The notes under the pieces: generated by a model
The model's input: the letters and a program-made list of their open reading frames with translations, nothing else
Databases searched by the model: none
Told to the model about the DNA's origin: nothing
Position numbers and translations under genes: made by a program
Assembly (NCBI RefSeq): GCF_009914755.1
Contig: NC_060944.1
DNA length: 64,000 nucleotides
Reading direction: 5' to 3' (one strand)
DNA from: the human T2T-CHM13v2.0 reference genome, Homo sapiens
Shown here: one piece after another, positions 21,692-64,000 of the stretch
Position numbering within the stretch: the first letter of the stretch is position 1
Layout: every line of letters begins with the position of its first letter

Positions 21692-22644
21692 CGCAGAGAG
21701 GAGCATGCCATTTATAAAGCAATCAACGCTTCCACAGAGTCCACCATCACTCAGAATTATTTTCTGAAATTTGGCCTCTATTCCTTACTCTGGAGGAAAG
21801 GCAGTACGGGCACCTGGCTTCCAATCAAGCCCGACGCACAGGACTGGGTAAGCCACACAAAAGGAGAGGGACCCTGCATTGCTCATCACAGCTGGAGCTG
21901 CGGAAAATCATTTCTAGGGCTCCTCAACTCTCCGGAACAAGCCAGAGGAAGCCTCATCAGAGGTTCCATTCATCTGACTTCTTACTTTTAAACTTTAAAT
22001 CACATATTTATGTGCCTCAAGTTGCCCATGAACCACAGCATGTCAAACAGTTCGGGGTTGATGGAAGAGGTACATTTTCTCGTCCTGGGACTTTCAGAAA
22101 TACAATTTCATTGCCAGTCTCTCTCCCTTCCAATTTCTCCCGTATGCTGCCACGAGATGAATATTCCTAACATCCTGCTTTCAATACATTATTCACCTGT
22201 TCAAGGACCTTCCAAGGCCACTTCTTGATCCCTTAAGGCTGGGATACTCAGATTGGCATTCAAGGCCTTCCATAAATGTGGCCTCAGCGCCCACAACCTC
22301 CTCACATTCACTCTCCCAGACTGCCACACCACACGTGTCACAGGCCACAAATACAGGGTGGTGAGTGCCTGTCATATATGCCCTCCCCGATCCCAGCATC
22401 TCTCTTCCTGGTAACCAAACACAGTGCTTTCTTTTAGGGAAACCACTCCACCTCAACTCTTTCTCCATATGGTGTGGGTGTCTCCAGACTTGTCCCCGAG
22501 ATTGCTGCAGTTCAGGGGTTGGCAAACTAAGGTCCGAGGGCAAAGCAAAAACAACAAACCACCAATGAACAAAAAAACAAAGGCCCCTGGCTTATTTTTT
22601 GTGAGGCCCTTGAGCTAATAACTTTTCCGTTTTTTTTTTTTTTT

Positions 22645-23297
<653 letters not shown>

Positions 23298-25789
23298 GAT
23301 TGTAAGAAAAAAAAAGTCAAAGAAGATGCCACAGAGACCTTTATGTATGGCCTGTAAACCCTAATAGATTCACTCTGGCCCTTTACAGAGAAAGTTGCTG
23401 ACACCCGTTGTAGATGGACCAAGTTTGGTTTGGGGCTGGGCAAAGCACCGGCTGAGCCAATGAGAGCAAATCCTAGGATTTAGGCTGAGGTGGGAGGATC
23501 TCTTGAGCTCGGGAGTTCCAGGTCAGCTTGGGCAACAGTGCAAGACCCCATCTCTAAAAATCCAACCCAATCCTAGGCCTTTGGCTAGAGCTGTTAGGAG
23601 GTGCACATTCACTTGGGTGTGTGATGCTGAAGGAACAGGAGCCTGGAGTCAGAGTGAAGCCACCACTGGGGAAAGCAGCATCAGAAGACAGACAGGCTGG
23701 GGGAGCTGTGCCTGCGGGGCCTCTTCGTTCTGTGTGCCAAGGTATTTTTTTTTTTGCTCAAGCCAATTTTGAATTGGGTCTCCTGTCACTCCCAACCGAG
23801 TTATGATGTGTACAGATACTGGCAGGTATGCCCACAGCTCTTTGGGCATGTGATTTTTCCTGTCTGGAATGCCCATTATTCTGTCTGCTGAAATCTACTT
23901 GTCCACTAGGACGTCACCTCCTCCTAGAAGCCTTCTTTGATTCTCTCACCCTACCGTGGTTCTATTTTAGTTTCTGGGTGGTACATGCTGAGACCTAACC
24001 ATCTACTTCCTCGGCTGTAACCGTCAAGAGGAGTGTGTATTGCAGCCATAACAAAGCCATGGGCAGCGGGGGAAAGATGTTGCTGGAGCCCCAGGCACAG
24101 TGTCAGATGCTTTAGAAACACTACCGCATCCATCCCCTCTGATGCAGCTGCCTGAAGAGGCAGTGGCAACAGCTCTAATTCAGAGATGGGAAAATGCAGC
24201 TCGGAAGTAAAATGACTTGCCCAAGGTCACACGGTTACAGAGAGGCGGAGTCAGAAATGAAGCCCAGCGCTGAGGAACTCCAAATCATCCATGCTCCTTC
24301 CACAACACAGTGCCTTCTGAAGACCACAGCCACCCCCCTCCAGCCATCTCCAAGGATCCCCTGGGTCCAGGTCTATACTTTCCTGCATCCTCCAGGAGCC
24401 TTCTACAGCCTGCAGATCACGGCTCAAACATCTCAAGCTGAAATTCAAGGCCTTGCAGTATCTACTTATTCATTCTATACCAACCCCTAACCCCAGCCCA
24501 AACAATACTTGAAGTGCTGGTGCGCCCTGAGTGAAATAAGAAACCCCTATTACTCCACAAGTTTTAACAGGGGGAATGGAGTATTTTGCAAAGCTTATGT
24601 TAACAAGGACTAGACTGAGTCAGCTGGACAGGTTCAAAATTAAAGTTGCCTGAATATAATCATAACTGGAGATGCACTCTAATGAGATTTTTTTTTTTTT
24701 TAAATCAAGTGCAACAATCTGCCTGCAAGAATCTGAAAGCAACTCAAGATAGCTTAACTCTTTGAGGAAGAAGTGGGTTTTCGGAGAGCCATGGTGTATC
24801 CTCTTATGCTGATTATCTCCTGGAGAGCTTTCGCAGAGTCCAAGTTTTTATCAGGATGCGTGTGCACATCTTCCTGGCCTCTCAGGACAGCATCGCGGCT
24901 TGCCACACCCAGATGCTCTGCGAAGGCAGGCTACTTTAATCTCACCGGGAGAGCTAAGTAATGCTCAGCAAGTCATGCCACCTCCCTGACCTGTTTTCTC
25001 ATTTGTCAGAATCTGGAGACTGAATTAGCCTATCACTTTGGGTCCCCAGTGGAATTAGGAACAATGCTGTGAATGCTTTTACCATCTCCGTAATTAGAGG
25101 CATTTCCCTCCCTTTTTCCAAAGGAAATCATCCCAGAATTTTAAAGCTCAAAGAGAGTTAAGTGATTATCTTGCTCTTTGAGGGGGTTCTTAACTTGGGG
25201 TCCTTGCGGGGTCACAGGTGAAGCCTCTGGAATTGTACATGGAATCTTGTGAGGTCAGTGAAGCATCCTCAGCAGATGAGATAGTGCCCACTGCAGTCTT
25301 GGAGGATGCAGTGCCCTCCTGGGGGTAACAAGGGAGGAGCGGGAGCAAGTTTCTGGGGAGTGGGTCCCCACAATCCCAACAGATGAAGAGCTCCCCCTCT
25401 GGTCCAATCCCTCCACTTTACAGGCTGCAGAACTGAAAAAAGCCCCAAGAGAAGGATTCCCTGAGGGCTCAGGAGCCAGACAGAGCCAGGCTGCCGCCAC
25501 CGAGACTGGAGCTGGACATAACTCGGCCCTTGCAGGGCGGAGTGGAGAAGGAATTGAGTGGGGCCTCTCCAGAGCTGGCTGGGGACCCTCACACCAATAT
25601 GTCCCCATGCCAGGCACCCTCTGGGCTTTTTAAGAGTTTGGGGATTATCTATGTCACCGGAATTGTGATCTAGCCGGTGCCTCACCATGCACCTGTGAGG
25701 AAGCATTCATCATCCCTGGGATCCTTCAGCATACATGGGAGCCCTGGGGTGGGATGTGCACCTCAATTTACATAATCTGTGTGTTTTAA

Positions 25790-26122
<333 letters not shown>

Positions 26123-26457
26123 TAATGAGTGTGTGGATTCCAGTGAGATCACCATGGTTGCTAATAACACAGTAAGATCAGACTTACATACCTCCTGATG
26201 GAAGTACGTAACACCACCTATGGAGGAGAAGTGCCAAAAACAAAGCTAAGAGACTCAATCCTGATCACGACTCTTACTCTGCCTCCCAATGGCCAGGAAA
26301 CACAGGTGAGAGGAGGGGCCCAAGAAATGACCTCCATAGGGATGCAATCAATAAATCCAGACGGTGGGAAATGCTGTAGGAAAAATGACCGTGTTTCTCC
26401 ACCAAAAAACTTACAAGGAAAATGAGAGAGAGGTGGAGGGGGAAATCTACACATTAA

Positions 26458-26852
<395 letters not shown>

Positions 26853-27344
26853 TGAAAATATCTGACAATATTAAAGGATCATTGTTAATTTGGTTAGGTG
26901 TGATAATGGTATTGTGGTTGTACGTTTAAAAAAAGTTTCAATGTAACATCTGGGATTTGCTTCAAAAAAATCCGGGGTGTGGAGAGAGAGGTACATGGGT
27001 GGGGCACAGAGGAAGCAAGCCTGGCCACATGCTGACTGCCAGGGAAGCCAGGTTCATGGGGACATGGGAATTTACACTATTACCCATAGTAAAATGTTAA
27101 AAAAAATTAACCTCCTGCTTGAAAAGTAACCAAAACATTGTTACGAGTGGTTGCCTTTGGAGAGAGAAACCTGACGGCTGGGAAATGGGGAGGGGGAGAT
27201 TTACTCTTCATTGTTTTCTGTTTTGTACTGCTTGGATTTGGATTTTATACCATGGTTCTATATTAACCATTCAAGAATATAAACTCATTTTAAAAAAACC
27301 ACCCAGTTTAAATAAAAAACTTCAAAGTGAGCTTTTGATCATAC

Positions 27345-27776
27345 TTTTCATCCAAGAAGTGTCTTTATTTCCGTTTGTTTCCCAAAGATCAGGTTAGGTA
27401 AAACAAATTAGTTCCATCTCATTATTTGAAGACAGGGAGGTGTATGCAGATGGAGGGGAACTGACCTCTTGTGTGTGTGTGTGTGTGGCCTGTGAGGGAG
27501 CTGGGGCTATAGAGATGGTAGGCTAAGGGGTTAAACCCTTAGAGCCACCAGACAATGTCACTTGAAAACACAAGGTATGAAACATAAATAATAGTCAGCT
27601 ACTTTCCTTCAATCCATTTCTAAGCAGTTGTGTGATCGATCAATTTATAAATCGATTGGCTAACTAATTCACCTTCTCTGCTGCCGCTGCCACCGCCTAT
27701 GGCCGGGGTGGGGTCAGCCCAGCTTCTGGCTGGCAGTAGGGGAGGGATCGGTGGCCTCTGTGGTGGGGGAGCAGGG
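27345..27776 (-). other. TTI1: TTI1 3' UTR (about 430 nt; 3' end approximate)
   Basis: Runs from the stop codon to the AATAAA signal. Contains a (CA)n tract near 27470-27486 and an AU-rich UAUUAUUUAU near 27584-27593. Confidence 0.8.
27364..27369 (-). terminator. TTI1 polyadenylation signal AATAAA
   Basis: Plus-strand TTTATT at 27364-27369. A U/GU-rich downstream element (GTTTTTTATTTAAACTGGGTGGTTTTTTT) follows on the minus strand at about 27292-27320. Confidence 0.8.
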
Positions 27777-58184
<30,408 letters not shown>

Positions 58185-61100
58185 TCATTGAGGAAACATC
58201 CTGCAGGCTGGAGGAAGGAAACTGTTCAGTAAAAATGTCAAGTTCAAAGCAAGTATGAAGTGAACTTGCATTCATTCATTCAACAGACATTTACCTGGGG
58301 TCTATGTGCCAGCCACTGCACAAGGCACTAGGGGTGCAATGAAACTGAGCCCCCTGTCTAGTGAGGGAAGTACATGTACAGTTACAATAAAGTCTCTTCA
58401 GGATTAGGACAGGCCTAAGCTTACAGTCCTGAGTGTGGAAGTCATATCCTGAGGAAGCCAGGATGGGTCTCACAAGAAAATTATGCTCGAGGCAAGACTT
58501 GAGGGAGGAAGGAATAGGAATCTGTGGACTATTTTCAGGAGTTCGGATTTTAACCTTCAGGAGTTTGGATTTAAACCTTCAGGTTTCATCTTTTTAAAAC
58601 TGAGGTATACATATAGTAAAATGCACTATCTTAATGTACAGCTCAGTGAATTTTTGTGTTTGTATAGAACAATGTAACCACTTCCCGAAGTAAGATACAA
58701 AATAATTCCAACAACCTAGAAGGCTCCCTCATGTCCTTTTGCAATTGATTCCTATTTCACCTGCCTGGAGGTAACCACTCTTATGACTTCTATCACTACA
58801 GACATGTTTTGCCTGTTCCTGTCATTAAGAGGTTTAAAGCAAGGGGTGATATGGTCAACTTTATGCACTGAAAAGATCCCCCAGGAGCCTGTAATATGGG
58901 AGAAGGATCAGAACTGGGTGAGACTGACAGCAACATAAAGCGAAAGGGGGTACCCAGAGAGATGGGAAAACTGGGAGCACACACTATCACAGAACACACA
59001 GGAGAAGACAGAGTCCAGCAGGATGGAAAGATGGACAGCAGGCAGGCAAGCAGGCGAGCAGGCAAAGGAGAAAGGATTACAGGAAAGCAAAGAACAACTC
59101 AATATCCAAGAGTCTGTCTTTTTTTTTGTGAAGAGAAATTCAAAGTCATGGGCTGACAGTGAACAAGGAGAAGGATAAACAGAGGGCTTGAGGAGAGAAA
59201 TAAAAGTCTCAAATACTCCCTTTGGGGAAGCAGAGCATGCTGGGAAGACTTACAAAAGTGTGGCCCAAGGGTACTGAGGACTGAGCTGAGTTGGAGACCA
59301 TAAATGTGTATAACTGTAAAATGTCGGCATTGGATGGAGGCTTAGAGATCATCTAGTCTGGTGGTCTTGTGGTCTTTCTTTTTTCTCTACTTGCTGGGGG
59401 CTTTTGAAGAGATGATAAGAAAGTGCTTGTGCTGCTTCTGTCTACCCCCAATTCCATGAACACTCCCGAACTCGGTGGCTATAGATTGGCAGGCAAGTCG
59501 TGCCAGCGGGCGTGAGCAAGGCCTGCTCAGTCCAGAAAGAGAGCTGGTGCCAAATTTCCCCATGGAGAGACTCTGATACGCTGGAGAGTCTGGTCTACTG
59601 ACCTCCCTGGAACCCTATGAGGAAGGGCACTGTTCGTCACTGTGAGGCTTCGTTGGGGTGTATCTCATGCTCTCTGTGGCCCCAAGAAGCCAGAGAAGGG
59701 AAGAAGCTTGACTCTTCCCTATCTCAGGCTAGAAAAATGCCACGCGTGGCAGCCACAAAGCTTGGCTGGGGTCTAATGACATCCCATGTGCACTGGCTCA
59801 TACACTGATGAACCAGAGGCTGCTTTGCCACCTCCCTGCCTGAGATACTGGTAGTTGGATCAAGAAGTAGGAAAGAAAGAGAATTGCTTAATGGGATCCA
59901 GCAGTCATGGGTAGAAAAAGCATTTGAGCACTCCTTGAGGTGGTGAATCTTAGATTAACAGAACCAGAAAAAGAGGCAGATAAGAATTTTAATAATAATA
60001 ATAATAAAAAGACCAAGTTCAATTATGACACCAAAGATGTCTCTTAGAATTAAAAGCATAATTTTCCACACACAAAAAAGCTCCACTGATGAAATTTTTA
60101 AAAAGACAGTTAATTGCCAAAACCCAATTAGTGGCCTAGTAGATCAAGTGGACCTGTCTTACCCAAAGCAGGGATGCAGAGACGCAAACTGTGAGACTTG
60201 GAGGACAGATCTGGAAGAACCAGCATGTAAGGGGGAATTTGAAAGGAGAAACATTTCCCTTAGCTGCAAAAAGATTTATCTGGAGACCGAAAAGCCTTGA
60301 AGGATACACACCTGACCACATTCTGGTAAAATTCCTTCACTCTAAATATGAAGAGAAAAATCACATATGCTTTGAGGAGGAAATGACAAATAACAAATAA
60401 AAGAAAAAGAAACTGGCTTTGAACTCCTCATTGGCAACAATGGATGCTAGAAGACAGTGGAATAGCACCTACTTACTGCAAATAAAGGATTGTGGCCCCC
60501 AAATGCCACTGAAGATGTTCTTCTGTCAAGATGGAAGAACAACATGCAAGAGAGGGTATTACCCACATATCCCACCAGAAGAAGACACTTACACTGCTGA
60601 GGAATTTTTTTTCTTTTAGTATGGAGAATTTTCTTCAAATACAATGTTTAAGTGGAAGCCTGGTATACAAAATGGACAAAATCAGAGGGTGTCTTGTAAA
60701 ATCCAGGGTGAAGGCAATGGCCTAGGGCTCTCTCTCTTATTTCACTGTAGGAGTTTCAAGAAGATAACTTGGGGTCCGCCCCCTGACAGGGTGGTGGTTC
60801 CTAAACTACATTCTCAGATTATATAACAAAAACCGTAATAGAGCTAATGAAATGGGAATACACAGTATGTCTAACATTGACCTCATCGCTTTCTGCCATA
60901 TTCCCTTGGTGATTTATAGTCAAGCTAGAAACCCTAGAATCTCTGTTTTCTTTCACCCTCTCTTAATCCCAACATTCCCTACATTTCATCAATTCCACCC
61001 CTTTGACACCTTTCAAATCTGCTGATGATGATAACCAATGTGTTTCATATTGGGTCAACTCTCACAGTTTCCTCTCTGGCCCTTTGGCTTGTTTCTTGCC

Positions 61101-61753
61101 CTCCTCGAATTCACATTTCACAATGACACTTAAGTAATCTTTCTAAAAGAAAAATCTGATCGCAATTCTCTAGGCTTAATTCTTAAACTGCTCTCCATCC
61201 TGCATGAAGGGCAGATACTTCTAGGTAGAAGCTATACCTAAGCATTACCATGGCATACGGGGCCTTTCACCATCAGGCTTCTGCCTGTCTTGCCAACCTC
61301 ATTTTTCATTATTCTACCACTTTGATCTCTAACCTGCAATCATGTAAAATTTATAAAACTTGCAATTTTCTAAACAGGTGGTGCTAGTTCACATTTGTCT
61401 CCTTTTTCCTACCCCTGTACACACCTCTATGACAGTATTTGGCATGCTGTATTATTTGTGTATATGTCTGTTTTACCTAGTTTAGACTAGAGGCTCTGAG
61501 AGGGCAGGGCAATCCTATACCTAGAAGCTACAAGAGCATCTGGCACATGGCAAGCCCTCAAAAACATCTGTACAGATTCTGCTTCCAAGTAGGATATAGT
61601 ATGGTTTGGCAGGCTAATACTCCTGCCAATGACTAGAAAAAGCCAAATAAATTACAAAAATCATTTCTTAAAGCATCCAATACTTGTGGAAGCAACAAGG
61701 ACTAGATGGACTAACAGACTGAGAATGTTCAGAGGGAATCAACAATCAATAGC

Positions 61754-61754
<1 letters not shown>

Positions 61755-61792
<38 letters not shown>
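61755..61792. repeat. (TG)15(CG)4 microsatellite
   Basis: Read directly from the sequence. Confidence 0.9.
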
Positions 61793-63214
61793 CCTTTGGT
61801 GTGTGCGCACGAGCCTTTGGTGCATGTGTTGATCCTGGACGTGGGCTTGGGATTAGGGTGTGGTTATCATTGGGGAAAGAGAAACCACAATGCTTTCGAT
61901 GGTCACCTGGGGCTGGACAGACAAAACTGCAATCTTGAGGGACCTCCAAATACCCAACTTCTGGAAGAAGGCTGCTGCTGAAGACAACCCAGTAGAGATT
62001 TTGGTATTCTTCAAAGCTGGGGTAACAAAGCTGGAGATTTGATGGACTCGAAATACTTACTTGGTTGGGGTCTTCCTCAAGACATTTAGTCAATTTTGAA
62101 ATGATGTGAAGTAGTGGTAGGCTAAATAACTAAGCTGAAAACCTTAGGGGCAGAAGTGAACCTCCTAAAGGCTTTCATGTCTAAGGAGACAAATAGCCTA
62201 TTAGGCTTTCAACTGAAAGCCCTGGAGGACCATACTCTAATAAGGATGAACCAAAGTAAGTTTGGGGCTTACCAGGATTGCAACCCAGCAGTGACCTAGC
62301 TCAATCCCTGAAATACGTCAGACTAGACTGAAGTATTTAATTAACAGAAGAAAGGGGCAAACCTTGATGGTGGAAGATATATGCATCCACTATGATTCTT
62401 TTATATAATGTTTGGTATATAATAAGTTTTTTAAGCATGTGTGGAGGTAAATGCCCACAGCTAGTAATCAAGAGAAAAAACAGACATTAGAAGCAGACCT
62501 ATGGATGGCCCAATTACTGAAGTTTAGTAGTCAAGAACTTTGAAATAACCAAGATTAATAAAGTCAAGAAACAGAGGAAAAGACCAAAGTAAATGAAAGG
62601 ATAAATAATTTTATCACAGAATTGGCTGAAATCTATAAAAAAAATCAAATGGATACTTTAGAACTGAGAACTACAGTATCTATAATTAAGAATTTAATAT
62701 AAGATATTAACAGTAAATTGGACTTAGCAGGAGACAAGATTAATGATTTGGAAGATAGGTCAATAAAAAATATTCAAACTCAATTAGAAAAATGAATGGT
62801 AAACACAGATAAGAACATAAAAGACGTGGAATAAAAGACGTGAATAAATGAGTCTCAGAAGACAGCATAGAGCAGAAGCAATACTAAAATGTTCAAAACA
62901 AATGAAAGAGATCAACCCACAGATTTAAGAAACTCAGCAACCCAATTATTTGGCCAATACAAAGAAAAGAACACACAGACATCATAGTCAAACTGCTGAA
63001 AAACAAAGAAAAAGAGGAAAACCTTAAAAAGCAGTGAAGCAATAAAAATGACAGCTGACTTCTCAAAAGAAATGACAAAATCCAGGAGTCAATAGAATGC
63101 TATCTAAAGAAAATAATTCCCAACTTTGATTTTTTTTTTTTTTAATCTATGGACTAGGGAACCAACTTTGAATTTTACAGCCTATAAAAACAACATCTTT
63201 CAATAAAAAGGTAA

Positions 63215-63521
<307 letters not shown>

Positions 63522-64000
63522 TCAGATATTTACAACAAACAAAACCTGAGGGAATTCATTGCTATCAGGGCAACACTAAAAGAAAAAACAATGTAAGAAA
63601 ATAAACCTAGACAGAAGCATGGAACTATAAGAGGGAATGAAGAAAATGAAATAGGTAAATATAAAAAAATTAACTGTACAAAACAATAACTATTATGTCT
63701 TCTGTAGTTTGTGTATATATAAAACTAAAATGCAAGACAAGAATAATTCACAAAAGGTAGGGAGGGGGAAGGAGTTAAGTGTCTAAGAGTCTAGTAGTGT
63801 AATGAAGTGATAAAATAATCTGTATTAGACCATAACATGTCAAGATGTTAAATGCATGTTGAAATCTGTAGAGTAAGCTCTAAGATAATTGTAAAAGAAT
63901 AGCTACCTAACAAGATTACAGGGCAGTAAAAAATGGGATACTATTTTTGATTAATCAAAAAAAGGGCAAAAATGCAAAAAAAAAGAAATAAAACTAGTGA

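Noticed and set aside
21596-21991. RGG-rich 131-aa ORF
   Set aside because: Arises from the G-tract, has a non-ATG start, and its frame depends on homopolymer length.
62817-62848. Short tandem duplication around ATAAAAGACGTG
   Set aside because: Ordinary slippage duplication inside an old L1.

Overview
Human-type (primate) genomic DNA. The right half holds the complete coding region of TTI1 (TELO2-interacting protein 1, KIAA0406; TTT co-chaperone of PIKK kinases) on the minus strand. Seven coding exons (58166-55865, 50747-50547, 47127-46979, 43649-43509, 41274-41070, 40783-40696, 27960-27777) have GT-AG boundaries and join in frame to 3270 nt = 1089 aa + TGA. The 3' UTR ends near 27345. The non-coding first exon and promoter are not in the window. 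Bases 1-27300 are intergenic and repeat-rich: a near full-length L1PB-type LINE with target-site duplication (TSD), a full-length 7SK retrocopy, hAT DNA-transposon fossils, MaLR LTRs and many Alus, one with AluYb8/Yb9 diagnostics. I see no convincing new multi-gene system. The best leads are (i) a possible intronic-polyadenylation TTI1 isoform ending in a tail-anchor-like hydrophobic helix, (ii) a complex Alu-Alu inversion with a 270-bp inverted templated insertion at 5.1-7.2 kb, (iii) a 152-bp fold-back element built from two LTR-like right ends, (iv) an intronic 30-bp minisatellite with perfect EGR1 sites, (v) two uORFs at the TTI1 start, (vi) a 5' splice site regenerated at the start of exon 7, and (vii) a mosaic templated insertion in intron 2. 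Repeat family names come from recalled consensus sequences, and repeat boundaries are approximate unless a TSD is quoted. Exon numbers assume one upstream non-coding exon.
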